From assembly GCA_963727895.1 (NCBI GenBank), contig CAVSHT010000012.1:385255-449254 (forward strand): 64,000 nt of DNA, read 5' to 3'. Shown in pieces: positions 44,511-55,235 of the stretch (the stretch's first letter is position 1; each line of letters begins with the position of its first letter). Source of the stretch: an uncultured Methanosarcinaceae archaeon (GTDB lineage Archaea; Halobacteriota; Methanosarcinia; Methanosarcinales; Methanosarcinaceae). Below the pieces are notes generated by a model. That model had not been told where the DNA came from, did no database searches, and saw only the letters and a list, made by a program, of their open reading frames with translations. Made by a program: the position numbers and the translations under genes.

Positions 44511-45175
44511 CTGGGGAAAAGCAGAATAAAATTTTTTAGTATCATCGGTAGATATGTATTGACTTCTCGACGTGTATACATCTCCTTAAAATTTATGGCT
44601 GTTTTCTAAAATTTATATAATCTCATTCTTTTTTTCATATGTGATATACTAGATTTTGAAAGATGCCGTTATTTTTTGAGTTCCCAGACCATATAAAAAT
44701 GTTCTGGCGAAATTATTTACAACGTTAGTTGATACTGCAACCATACTACATATTTTGAATTAAAAACAAGTCTTCTATGTTTTTTGGGACAATTCTTCTA
44801 ATTAACCAAATTTTCTCACGTGAAACCATCATATTATATCCTTTTCATTAATATTATAATAATATTGTAATATGTACGATCAATTGGAACATCTATAGCT
44901 AGTAACTAATTACTTCGCTAAGGAATCAATGTGAGAAGATAAACAAAGATATAATAATATCTTAAAATAATTTCAAAATATATACTAAATAATAGGTAAC
45001 AGTTACAAAATGCGCAGAATACATAAACTGAAGATGCTGGAACATGATGAATATGATGTGCTATCTTTACACTTGAATCCAAGTTAATAATCGATTTTGT
45101 TCTAAAACCTCAAAACCAATATGTAGCTGAAAAATAATAAAAATACAAAATTGAAAAATGAGTACAAAAAGATGC

Positions 45176-46094
45176 ATGCTATTTCAGATATCTAAAAAAA
45201 GCTTCGTGGTTATTTCTTCGGCACTGCCAGTGGAACATCTGTCTCTTGAACAAATCAAAGAGAAGTATGGGAAGAATGGAATTTTAGAACTCAAGCAATA
45301 TTCTCCCTGGACTGATGATACTCAGTTGATGCTTGTACTTTCCAGAGGTCTGCTTCGTGGGAGCAGAACTTGAAATTCCCGGGCTTATGGACAAAATAGC
45401 AGAAGAACTTGTTCTCTGGCTGGACGAACCAGATATGGGAGCAGGAGCGACTACTAAAAGAGCAGCTTTGAACCTTAAAGATGGAATCCCCTGGAGTAAA
45501 TCAGGAATCAGTTCCAAAACTTGCGGTAGCCTTATGAGGGTTGGAATCCTCGGTTTTGTTTACCAGAATAATCCTGAAAAACTGGTTAAAGTGACTCAGG
45601 TTTCAGGTCGAATTACTCACTCTCATCCAATTGCAGAAGCTGCTTCTATTGCTGGAGCATACGCAGTGAAATTGGCTCTTGACAGCGTGGAACCAGGGAA
45701 AATGTTTGAATCGCTTATAGAAATAACTAAGGGGATTTCTCCGGAATTTACTCAAGCCCTGAAAAACTCTTATAACACAGCTTATAGTGATATAGGAGAT
45801 GAAGAAGGTTTGAAAAGATGCGGGCAGGGGTGGTAAGCAGACGAAACTTTTTCGTTAGCATACTTCTGTATATTACGCTATCCGAATGATTACAAAAAAG
45901 CAGTACAGACTGCAGTAAATATTACAGGAGATTCTGATTCGGTTGCGAGTGTAGCAGGATGTATTCTTGGAGCCAGGCTAGGAATTGAAGCCATACCTAT
46001 TTCCTGGATTGAAGCGCTTAAAGATAAAGACAAAATAGAGAAAATCATTGAGTCTCTGCTTGAAAAATATTCTCAACTTTCCGGAAATATATGA
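45176..46094 (+). pseudogene. ADP-ribosylglycohydrolase family, decayed
   Basis: WTDDTQL, CGSLMR, ITHSHP, then in-frame TAA 45834-45836 followed by AVNITGDSDSVASVAG.ILGA.LG..AIP..W; frameshift near 45361; GDALG motif apparently deleted near 45225. Confidence 0.85.
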
Positions 46095-46136
46095 TATATT
46101 GAGTAAAATTGAGTTCTTGAAAATTAAATTGAGGTC

Positions 46137-46652
46137 TTGAAAATGTGTTTTCCCATAAAAAATGGCTATTTCAAGAAAATTACTTATTCTGAGAAAAATA
46201 ATTCTTCTGAAAACGATTATTTTTCCAAAAAAGGCGTTTACTGTTTAATATTCAAAAACCAAACCTGTAAGATTGATGTAGGTAAAAAAGGGGAGTTTTC
46301 CTTTGATTCCGGATTCCATATATACGTAGGATCAGCTCTGGGGTCAGGGGGCCTTAAAAGAGTGAAGAGACATATTAATATTTCCAGAAACAAGGATCGA
46401 AATCCTAGATGGCACGTAGATTATCTTCATCTGAATCCTGCTTTCAGACTGGTTTCAGTAGTTTATGCTTTCACTTCTGAACGACTTGAGTGTGCGCTTG
46501 CCAGGAGAATTGGAGGATATTTCGTATCTGGTTTTGGGTGTACGGACTGCAAATGTAGCTCTCATCTATTTTATAGAACTACAAATCCTCTTTTAGAGAT
46601 TAACGAAGCTTTTGAGTTTTTAGGATTGTATGCTTTTACGCTAGAACTTTAA
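46137..46652 (+). CDS. GIY-YIG-like DUF123 family protein
   Basis: KGVYCL, YVGSALG, RWHVDYL, ECALA, GFGCTDCKCSSHLF. Confidence 0.8.
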   Translation: MKMCFPIKNGYFKKITYSEKNNSSENDYFSKKGVYCLIFKNQTCKIDVGKKGEFSFDSGFHIYVGSALGSGGLKRVKRHINISRNKDRNPRWHVDYLHLNPAFRLVSVVYAFTSERLECALARRIGGYFVSGFGCTDCKCSSHLFYRTTNPLLEINEAFEFLGLYAFTLEL

Positions 46653-46661
46653 TCTATTTTT

Positions 46662-47401
46662 GGTATTGTTAACTAAACATAATTAACTCTTTATTTCTGT
46701 ATTTCATCAATAGAATAACCGAGTACTTTAGCATTTCAAGACTCTTCGTATAACACTTTGTCTTTCTTCTCAATCTTGCTAAAAAGTGCCTCAATATGCT
46801 GTTATATCCCTTAACAGTATACGTTTCTGCTTTGGATTGAGTATGGATCTTTTCTGGAAGAAACTCTGCATATGCTCTCCAGTGATCTGTCATCACTTCT
46901 CCAATGTCTTTTTTCTTCAATTTTTCCCAGAGTAGTTTTCCAGTTTCCGTTCCTCTGCTGCCAAAAGAGCAGTTGATGAACTTTTTCCCAACTCTATCAA
47001 CAGCAATCCAGATCCAGCAATATTTTTTTTGTTACCGATGTAAGTGTGCATCTCATCCATTTCAACAATAGATATCTCATTTTCACTTTTTAGGTCCTCT
47101 AACTCCTGACCAAATTTCTTGATCCATCTTTGGACAGAAACATGACTTACCCCTAAAACTCTTCCTATTGAGCGAAAGCCCAATCCTTCAAGATAGAGTT
47201 GTAAAGCCTGTCTTTTTACAGAAGCGGAAAAAGCAGTTGATTTTAGCTCGACTGTATAGTTATAGCCACAATCAGAGCATTTGTACCGTTGACGCCCGCC
47301 AACTATACCATTCTTTTTGTGACTGGAACTATTACATTTTGGACAGTTCATGCAGAAATATAGGTTCTCATAATAAATAACTATAGTTAATTAGCAAAGC
47401 C
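46662..47401 (-). mobile_element. IS1-family element copy 3, apparently intact
   Basis: Ends GGTATTGTTAACTAA and (rc) GGCTTTGCTAATTAA; orfA 46917..47351 with ATG and CPKC..C..C, A8 frameshift site, orfB to 46669; no TSD seen. Confidence 0.92.
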
Positions 47402-47878
47402 AATAATGATTATCTATAAGAACAAAAAACCTATACAAGCGTTTTCTTAAAACTCAAAATTATAGTTATCTGAGTTCAGTAACTCTGTTTCCATAATTAT
47501 ATATCTTTAAGCCAGTATCTTTGAATAAGAATTGCAATTGTTGACAGTTACAAGTATATTAAAAATTTAAGATATAGATCCGAATAAGGGGGGTGCTCCT
47601 TCCACTGGACCATAATATATACTGTCTGTTAGGAGAAAATAAGATACAAGAGATCTAGCTGACAGAAGAAAATTCGGACCAGGATAGAGTAAGAACTAGT
47701 AATTAACTGTGAGTTTTAATATAGGGAAAGCAAGAGAGTCTCCTGATTTGTTGAGATTAATTTTCATACGCTTTAAATCGCATTTGAATCATTTTTTGCC
47801 CCGGGTAGAAAACCCTTGTGATATATTGTTTGTTTCTATATTGGGAAATATAATTATAAAAATTATTAATTATGGGGA

Positions 47879-48961
47879 GTGAAAACATTGAAAGTTCTTA
47901 TCGATATAGGACATCCAGCCCATGTTCATTTTTTTAAAAACACGATATGGAATCTTCAAAAAAAAGGACATCAAGTAATGATAGTTTCGCGGGATAAAGA
48001 TGTGGTAATAGATCTTTTGAATGCTTACAAAATCCCGCATACTGTCTTAAGTAAAGTAAAGCCAGGAAAGTCGAACTTGTTTAAAGAATGGCTTACAAGA
48101 GAATTCAAGACTTTCAAGATTACCAAACAATTTAACCCTGACATTCTTATGGGTGTTCTTTCTCCAGCTGTGGCTCATGTAGCCTGGATACAGCGGAAAA
48201 AATCCATAATATTTAACGATACTGAACATGCAGTCTTAGCCAAAAAGCTAACATATCCTTTCTGTAACATAATATGTACTCCCTCATGCTATCAAAAAGA
48301 TGAAGGAAAAAAGCAACTAAGATATAACGGCTACCATGAATTAGCTTATCTTCATCCCTCTTATTTTACTCCATCTCCTGAAGTTCTGAAAGATTTGGGA
48401 TTAAAAATTGGGGAGCCATTTACAATTCTTCGTTTCGTTTCATGGGGAGCACATCATGATGTTGGACAGCATGGAATCGAAAATAAATCATTATTTGTCC
48501 ATGAACTAGCAAAATATGGAAAAGTGTTCATCACATCAGAAGGACCGCTTGAAAAAGAATTTGAGAAGTATCAAATTCGAGTTCCTCCAGAAAAAATTCA
48601 TCATTTACTTTATTATGCGACGTTGTATGTAGGTGAAGGAGCAACCATGGCAGTTGAAAGTGCAATTCTAGGGACTCCTTCGATATATGTTTCCACTCTT
48701 GCAGGAACAATGGGAAATTTCTCTGAACTGGAAAATAAGTATGGTTTGATTTTTAACTACAGTGACTCTGAAGCTGCAATGGCAAAAATTAGAGAAATTC
48801 TCAACGATCCCGAAATTAAGAAAAATTGGAATTTGAAAAGAGCTGCTCTTCTCAAAGACAAGATTGATGTCACTAAATTTATGGTCAAGCTCATAGAAAG
48901 CCTTCCTGATAAAAAATCAGGAGTATTTTCACCTTCAGTTTTGGATGAGAGTTATGCATGA
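47879..48961 (+). CDS. DUF354 family protein (GT-B-like)
   Basis: IDIGHPAHVHFF, FNDTEHA, YNGYHELAYLHP, GEGATMAVESAILGTP. Confidence 0.8.
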   Translation: MKTLKVLIDIGHPAHVHFFKNTIWNLQKKGHQVMIVSRDKDVVIDLLNAYKIPHTVLSKVKPGKSNLFKEWLTREFKTFKITKQFNPDILMGVLSPAVAHVAWIQRKKSIIFNDTEHAVLAKKLTYPFCNIICTPSCYQKDEGKKQLRYNGYHELAYLHPSYFTPSPEVLKDLGLKIGEPFTILRFVSWGAHHDVGQHGIENKSLFVHELAKYGKVFITSEGPLEKEFEKYQIRVPPEKIHHLLYYATLYVGEGATMAVESAILGTPSIYVSTLAGTMGNFSELENKYGLIFNYSDSEAAMAKIREILNDPEIKKNWNLKRAALLKDKIDVTKFMVKLIESLPDKKSGVFSPSVLDESYA

Positions 48962-49994
48962 GTTATTAAAACAAAACCAGGATATATGGGATCTTTTCAC
49001 CCGAAAAGAGGAATATTTCTCCGAAAAACTGGATGAGCACGGGCGTTTTCTTTTCGATGAAAAAACCCTTGTAAATGCATCTGATCCTAAAGCCTCTAGA
49101 TATCTAATAAATCATGGAATAAAGGTCAAATTTCCTGAAAATAAGACATTTGCCGTTTGTTTAACCCATGATGTAGATGATATTTACCCTCCTTTCTCTC
49201 ATAGCTTATTGTCTTCTGGGAAATACTTGAAAAATCTGAATTTCAGATATTCTGCAAATCAGTTTCTTTGGAAACTCAAAGGAAAAGAGTATTCACCCTA
49301 CCTGAACCTTTCAAAAATTATGGACCTTGAAGCCAGTTATGGAGCAAAATCCTCTTTTTATTTTATTGCTACAGAAGCCGACCCTATAAGATTTCGCTAT
49401 AATATAGAAGACATCGAACATAATTTAAAAGAAATATCAGCAAGGGGATGGGAAGTTGGCCTTCACGGAGGTTATTATTCATATAATAACTTGGAAGCAA
49501 TAAAAAAAGAAAAGAAAAGGATTGAGACTGTCCTGGAGAAAACAATAATAGGTTTTCGTAACCACTACCTTAGGTTCAAAGTTCCAGAATCCTGGGAAAT
49601 ACTTGCAGATGCAGGTTTCAGATACGACTCAACTTTCGGATACAGTAACTCTGTTGGCTTTAGAAACGGAATGTGTCATCCTTTCAGACCATATAATCTT
49701 AGCACAGAAAGAGAAATTGAGATCTTTGAAATTCCACTTGTTGTAATGGATGTTGCACTTTTTGCGGGTTCAAAATCTCTGGAAGAAGCTTGGAAATGCA
49801 CAAAAAATCTGATAGATACTACAGCAAGTCTTAATGGTGTTATTACTTTTTTGTGGCATAATTTCGTTTTCGACTGCGGTTTCCGAGAAGATTGGGTGAA
49901 ACTGTATGAGAAAATACTTCAGTATTGTTCCAGTAAAGAAGCCTGGATGACAAGTGGAGAAGAAATTTATAGGTGGTGGGAAGCTGGGTTCTGA
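48945..49994 (+). CDS. Polysaccharide deacetylase family protein
   Basis: CLTHDVD, WEVGLHG, GFRNHYL, YDSTFG, GFRNGMCHPF; start may be ATG 48954. Confidence 0.85.
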   Translation: MRVMHELLKQNQDIWDLFTRKEEYFSEKLDEHGRFLFDEKTLVNASDPKASRYLINHGIKVKFPENKTFAVCLTHDVDDIYPPFSHSLLSSGKYLKNLNFRYSANQFLWKLKGKEYSPYLNLSKIMDLEASYGAKSSFYFIATEADPIRFRYNIEDIEHNLKEISARGWEVGLHGGYYSYNNLEAIKKEKKRIETVLEKTIIGFRNHYLRFKVPESWEILADAGFRYDSTFGYSNSVGFRNGMCHPFRPYNLSTEREIEIFEIPLVVMDVALFAGSKSLEEAWKCTKNLIDTTASLNGVITFLWHNFVFDCGFREDWVKLYEKILQYCSSKEAWMTSGEEIYRWWEAGF

Positions 49995-50910
49995 CTTGAA
50001 CAGAAAATATCTTCTTGTTACGCCTGCAAAGAATGAAGAACAAAATCTGCCCGAAGTCTCAAAATCTGTAATAGGACAGAAATTAAAACCAGAATTATGG
50101 ATTATAATCAATGATGGAAGTACAGATAGAACATCATCTATTCTTGAAGATCTGCATGTAAGCCATCCCTGGATACACAACATAAGATTACCTCCAAGGC
50201 CAAGAGATATTACTTTTCACTATAGTTATGTCTGCAAACAGGGTTTTGACTATGCTCTTGAATATTGCAAGACAAATAATATCAAATTTGAATATATAGG
50301 GCTCCTTGATGCCGATACGGTTTTAGAAGAAAACTACTTTTGGAAGCTTCTGATTGAATTTAACAAAGATGATTCTCTTGGAATTGTAAGTGGAGGAATA
50401 TATTACGATAATGGGGGAAAACTTTCCCAGGAAGTAACTACTAAAAAACTCCCTCGTGGGACAGGAAGAATCTGGAGGAAAAAGTGTTTCCTTGATACTG
50501 GTGGTTATCAGGTTGAACCTTCTCCAGATTCAATTTCCAATATAAAGGCTCTCATAAGAGGCTGGAGAGTCACACAATATGCTGATGTCATCCAGATTCA
50601 AAAACGAAAAACAAGTGCAGCTAATGGACTATGGGATGGTTATCTGAAAAATGGATGGATGGCTTATTACCTTGGCAAAACTCCTTTTATAGCTATACTA
50701 AACGTGCTTTACTTTTCCTTGAGGTCTCCATATTATATAGGAATTGCTTACTGCTGGGGTTATTTTGGTTCGGCGATTAAAAGAGAAAAAAAGATCAAAG
50801 ACCCAGAAATAAGAGCATATTATAGGAATAAAGGAATTAAATCATTGTATTCTCAGATTTTTGGAACTTTTAGTCGGAATTCAAGAGAAGTAAGGGAGGA
50901 AAAGCAGTGA
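49954..50910 (+). CDS. Glycosyltransferase family 2
   Basis: VTPAKNEE, INDGSTD, LLDADT; start uncertain. Confidence 0.85.
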   Translation: MEKKFIGGGKLGSDLNRKYLLVTPAKNEEQNLPEVSKSVIGQKLKPELWIIINDGSTDRTSSILEDLHVSHPWIHNIRLPPRPRDITFHYSYVCKQGFDYALEYCKTNNIKFEYIGLLDADTVLEENYFWKLLIEFNKDDSLGIVSGGIYYDNGGKLSQEVTTKKLPRGTGRIWRKKCFLDTGGYQVEPSPDSISNIKALIRGWRVTQYADVIQIQKRKTSAANGLWDGYLKNGWMAYYLGKTPFIAILNVLYFSLRSPYYIGIAYCWGYFGSAIKREKKIKDPEIRAYYRNKGIKSLYSQIFGTFSRNSREVREEKQ

Positions 50911-50944
50911 ATACTTGTAAGCTTTTTGAAAAAGCAATTTACTT

Positions 50945-52183
50945 ATGGGTGGTAATTTGAAGATGCTTTTTCTGGATATGGTAAGATCTCTTTCTCTTGC
51001 CGATGGCTCACTTATCCACAGATACGAACTTGTAAGCAATCTTGCGAAATTTGACAATCAAATACATATATTTACTGCTGGAGGGTGTGATCTTTCGAAC
51101 ACGGCAAACATTCACAGTCATTATATTCCACCTGGAGGCTTCTTCTCAATCACGCTCAATTACTTTAGCAGTTCGATAGGCCTATTAAGTACCGAGAATT
51201 TTGATGTGCTGTATACCCGTAATCCCAATTTTGGCTTTCTTGCCGGACTTTTATGTAAAAGCAGGTATAAAAAAATGGTTTATGAATTAAATGGAATCCC
51301 TGAAGATGAAAAAAATCTATTCAGAACAAAATATGAAGAAAGTAAATTTTCGCAGATAGAAAAAAAAGGTAAATTTTCAAACAGATATTTTTCTGCACAA
51401 ACCAGACTCAAGATGTTTGTACTTAAAAAAGCTCTGGAGTTTTCAGATAGAATTATTGCTGTGACCCCGGGGATAAAAGAAAATCTTGAAGGGACATATA
51501 AAATACCAGGAGAAAAAATAGTTGTAGTCTCCAATGGAGCAAATACGTCTCTATTCAAGCCATTAGACCAGGAAACCTGTAGAAAAGAACTTGGTTTGAA
51601 CCTCAAGATTCCCTATATATGCTTTGTAGGTAATCTTGCTCCCTGGCAGGGAATTGAATATCTAGTAAAGGCAGCTCCATTTATACTCTCCAGATTTCCA
51701 GAATGTCGCTTCCTGATCATCGGAGATGGGGTCATGAAAGATGATCTTCTCAAGCTCTGCGAGGAACTTGGAGTTGAGAATAGTTTCATATTTACAGGTG
51801 TAATTGCCTATGATCGCGTACCTCTCTATATTAATGCTAGCGATACATGTACAGCTCCCTTTATAATTGCCAGAAATGCAAAAATAGGTCTATCTCCTTT
51901 GAAACTATATGAGTACATGGCTTGCGGAAAACCTGTAGTTGCAAGTAATATTGGTGGTGTTTCTGATATACTTGAAACTTCTGGCGGGGGGATTTATGTT
52001 CTTCCTGAAGATCCAGTTGCTCTTGCAGAAAGCATCTTAAAACTACTTGAAAATCCCGAATTGAGGATAAAATTGGGTTCAAAAGGTTTAAGTTATGTTA
52101 CTGAAAATTACAGCTGGTACAGCGTTGCCAAAAAGGTTAACGACGTTTGCAAATCAGAAATCGAGGCAAAAATTAAGGCTTGA
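50945..52183 (+). CDS. Glycosyltransferase family 4, paralog of 12851..14032
   Basis: NGANTSLFKP, CFVGNLAPWQG, KIGLSPLKLYEYMACGKPVVAS. Confidence 0.9.
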   Translation: MGGNLKMLFLDMVRSLSLADGSLIHRYELVSNLAKFDNQIHIFTAGGCDLSNTANIHSHYIPPGGFFSITLNYFSSSIGLLSTENFDVLYTRNPNFGFLAGLLCKSRYKKMVYELNGIPEDEKNLFRTKYEESKFSQIEKKGKFSNRYFSAQTRLKMFVLKKALEFSDRIIAVTPGIKENLEGTYKIPGEKIVVVSNGANTSLFKPLDQETCRKELGLNLKIPYICFVGNLAPWQGIEYLVKAAPFILSRFPECRFLIIGDGVMKDDLLKLCEELGVENSFIFTGVIAYDRVPLYINASDTCTAPFIIARNAKIGLSPLKLYEYMACGKPVVASNIGGVSDILETSGGGIYVLPEDPVALAESILKLLENPELRIKLGSKGLSYVTENYSWYSVAKKVNDVCKSEIEAKIKA

Positions 52184-52252
52184 AAAATCAGTTTAATGTT
52201 ATCATATAAATCATCAAGATAAGAATGGTTATCTGTTTACACGGGGCTTAAA

Positions 52253-53260
52253 ATGGACGAAATTGAAGTTAGAGAATTAGCGCCATCCGAATATAGTGAA
52301 TGGGATTCGCTCGTAGAAAAAGCTCAACCTGGTACACTATTTCATACCAGTGAGTGGCTTGAAATTTGCAGGGATGTCTTATCAAAGGAACTTAAAATTT
52401 ATGGTTGTTTCAGAAAAGGTGAACTTGTAGGAGGATGTCCCCTTTTTATCAAAAATATTAAGGGAGCTTTAAGAGTAGCGACTTCGACCTGTGATATGAC
52501 CAGTTACAGTGGACCTCTTATAAAAGAAAGTGCAAGCTCTAAAACAAGTAAACAGGTACAGGAAATTCACGACATTCTCAACCCTCTCAGGGAGTTTCTC
52601 TGCAATCGGGGATTTGATAGCATTCATCTTACGTTTGCTCCAGGTTTTAAAGACGTAAGGCCTTTTACATGGTATGGATGGGATTCAACTGTGCATTATA
52701 CCCATCACTTAAATCTGAATGAAAATGTAGATGACAACACTTCAAGAAAGATTCGAAGGGAACTTAAAGCTGCAAATGAGGCAGGACTTAAAACTAGAAT
52801 ATGGAACGATCCTGAAACATATTACCATTTGCTCTCACTGGTCTATGAAAAACAGAATTTAGCTCCTCCTCTTCCAAGAGGGTTCTTCGAAAGAGTGTTT
52901 AAGCTAATTCAGGAAAAAAATGTTGGCTACATGTTTGTGACAGAAACCCCTGAAGGGGAAGCAATTGCAGCTCATTTGAATCTATACGGAAAGAAGTGCA
53001 CGGTAACCTGGACCTCAGCTCTTAATCCGGATTTTGGTCGTTTGGGTCCTAATGCTCTTCTGTATTATAATGAATTTCTGGATTTGAAGTCCAGAAATTT
53101 CGAATATATGAACGTTATGGCAGCAAATATCCCAAGATTTGCAGATTTTATTATGGGCTTTTCTCCCGAGTTAATTCCTTATTATAGTGTGACCTTAGAA
53201 AGCAAAAAATATTCTATCGCAAAAACCCTGTATAAAACGACTCACAAAGAAACTTACTGA
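52253..53260 (+). CDS. GNAT/FemAB-like acyl- or aminoacyl-transferase
   Basis: EWDSLV..Q.GTLFH.SEWL, YSGPL, RRELKAA.EAGL, GPNALLYY. Confidence 0.7.
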   Translation: MDEIEVRELAPSEYSEWDSLVEKAQPGTLFHTSEWLEICRDVLSKELKIYGCFRKGELVGGCPLFIKNIKGALRVATSTCDMTSYSGPLIKESASSKTSKQVQEIHDILNPLREFLCNRGFDSIHLTFAPGFKDVRPFTWYGWDSTVHYTHHLNLNENVDDNTSRKIRRELKAANEAGLKTRIWNDPETYYHLLSLVYEKQNLAPPLPRGFFERVFKLIQEKNVGYMFVTETPEGEAIAAHLNLYGKKCTVTWTSALNPDFGRLGPNALLYYNEFLDLKSRNFEYMNVMAANIPRFADFIMGFSPELIPYYSVTLESKKYSIAKTLYKTTHKETY

Positions 53261-53359
53261 TAAAAAGAGGAGTATTAAAAATATAAAAAGTGTTAAAATT
53301 CATAAATTATTTTTGAGATAAAAGTATTCAGCCTGAATAAAACAACATTAATAACCGTC

Positions 53360-53503
53360 CATTTGTATTCGGTTAAGGAATCTGTTAACGTTATAATGAC
53401 TACTGCAATAATCTATGCATCTCGATTTACATTTATAGGTTTGCAGAAATGGCAACAAAGATAACACATTTTTTATAAATCGTATCTTAACCGAATACAA
53501 ATG
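53360..53503. mobile_element. 144-bp MITE with perfect 18-bp TIRs and 10-bp TSD (IS4/ISH8-like ends)
   Basis: CATTTGTATTCGGTTAAG (53360-53377) / CTTAACCGAATACAAATG (53486-53503); AATAACCGTC at 53350-53359 and 53504-53513. Confidence 0.9.
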
Positions 53504-53677
53504 AATAACCGTCTATTTTTTGACAGGCTGAATAGTTACATTTATTTTTTCCTATTGGTTCTGTATTGAGTAATATTGGTTTACTCTTAGTTTAATCTTA
53601 ACTGAAACTGCTCTTCTCCTGTGAATTGGATATCTTAAGAGCTAGCATTTAGTAAGATTTTAAAAGGAAACAAAACA

Positions 53678-55162
53678 TCAGGTTCTATTTTTGATATTCA
53701 CGAAAAAAGTCGAAAATAACTTCTTGAATGTAGTAGGATCATCATGAAGAGTTATCCCATAATAGATAGGAGTTATGATAACAGCTACAAGCATAATAAT
53801 ATAAAAACTCGCAGAGAACGCTTCTAACAGGACCAACGGGATTGAAACAACTATCCCAATAGTTATATATTTTAAGAGAATTCCCAAGCTTTCCCTTGCG
53901 TTGATTCCTACAAGGTTAAGTAGGTATGCGTTATTCCATATTGAAAATAAAACTCCTGTGAGGCTAAACAAGCAAAGGGAAAACTCAGCACTTTTTGAGT
54001 AAATTCCTCCTATCGCAAGTACTACGAACCTTGAAAATAAAAGAGCTGTACTATAAGTAAACCAGACTTTTTGCTTTTCAAAGACACTGTAAAGAGTTGA
54101 AATAGGTAAGGCAAGAAAAACAAGGAATATAAAAGGCACAAGGATTTTTACATAAGTACCTGCTACAGACCAGTTTTTCCCGAAAGCAAATGTAAATATT
54201 TTTTCTCCCAGGATTAATAGAAGTATCATAGGGAATATTCCTATCAAGATTAGCTTTCTGTAGACTTCGCTAACAATGAGTTTCATGTCACCATTCGCAG
54301 TCCCATTTTTTACCTCACTGATTTTCTGGAAAAAAACCTGTTGTATAGCTGATCCAATAAGTGACATGGGCATATTTACTACCTGATTAGCAAGTGAAAA
54401 ATACCCAACAACACTTGTGCTATAAAAATATGCAAGCAAAAAAGTAGGCACCTGAGGTGAAATCGTATTTGAAAGTGAAGACCATGAACTATATAAAGGA
54501 AAATTTTTATATTCAATAGCCAATTCTTTCATTTTTTTAACGGACACTTTTCTAAAGATATTTAAGTCTTCTTTTACGTCCTTAAGCATAACTAGATCTG
54601 CGACTCCATATCCGAAAGCGTAGCCTGCTATCAGACCTAAAGGAGAAACGGTCCATATAGGAATTAACTGTAACAATTTGGTTGATAAAGTGTTAAAAAC
54701 TCTGGATACTGAAATAACCCCAAAACGTAGTTTTCTTGAAAGCCAATAATTCTGCACAAAAAAAAGGCCATTAAAGAATACTATTAAAGGAAGATAGGTT
54801 AAATATTTTGAAGATCCTGAAGTATGAAAAGCGTACTTAATAATGTGTTCAATTTCATCCGGAAAAATTATCACTGCCACAGCTATGAATAAAGATGTAA
54901 TAGTGACTAAAATAGAGGAAAGGAATAATATATTTGCAGAATCTTCTTCTGATTTAGGCAACATAATAGCAAACTGGTATGAAAAACTAGAGAGAATTAC
55001 CAGTATTCCAGATACTGCAACAAAAATCTGAAAGACCCCCATGTCACTAGGACTGTAAATTCTAGTGATTACCGGCACAAGAAGTATACCTAGAATCTGT
55101 GAAGCAATACTTCCTGATACAAGTTTTAACACATTACCGACAAAATTAGACATACTATTCAA
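53678..55162 (-). CDS. Wzx/MOP-family oligosaccharide flippase
   Basis: PVITRIYSPSDMG, YKNFPLYS, VGYFSLANQVVNMP, FGKNWSVAG; polytopic. Confidence 0.88.
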   Translation of the reverse strand: MNSMSNFVGNVLKLVSGSIASQILGILLVPVITRIYSPSDMGVFQIFVAVSGILVILSSFSYQFAIMLPKSEEDSANILFLSSILVTITSLFIAVAVIIFPDEIEHIIKYAFHTSGSSKYLTYLPLIVFFNGLFFVQNYWLSRKLRFGVISVSRVFNTLSTKLLQLIPIWTVSPLGLIAGYAFGYGVADLVMLKDVKEDLNIFRKVSVKKMKELAIEYKNFPLYSSWSSLSNTISPQVPTFLLAYFYSTSVVGYFSLANQVVNMPMSLIGSAIQQVFFQKISEVKNGTANGDMKLIVSEVYRKLILIGIFPMILLLILGEKIFTFAFGKNWSVAGTYVKILVPFIFLVFLALPISTLYSVFEKQKVWFTYSTALLFSRFVVLAIGGIYSKSAEFSLCLFSLTGVLFSIWNNAYLLNLVGINARESLGILLKYITIGIVVSIPLVLLEAFSASFYIIMLVAVIITPIYYGITLHDDPTTFKKLFSTFFVNIKNRT

Positions 55163-55235
55163 CTCTAAAATATAAACCCCAGATATATGGGATTTTTCGT
55201 ATATCAGTCAGTAAATGGAAACCATCTAGAGGCTC

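Noticed and set aside
45176..46652. ADP-ribosylglycohydrolase + GIY-YIG as a defence or toxin-antitoxin system
   Set aside because: The hydrolase is multiply inactivated, no ADP-ribosyltransferase partner is present, and DUF123 is a common archaeal gene
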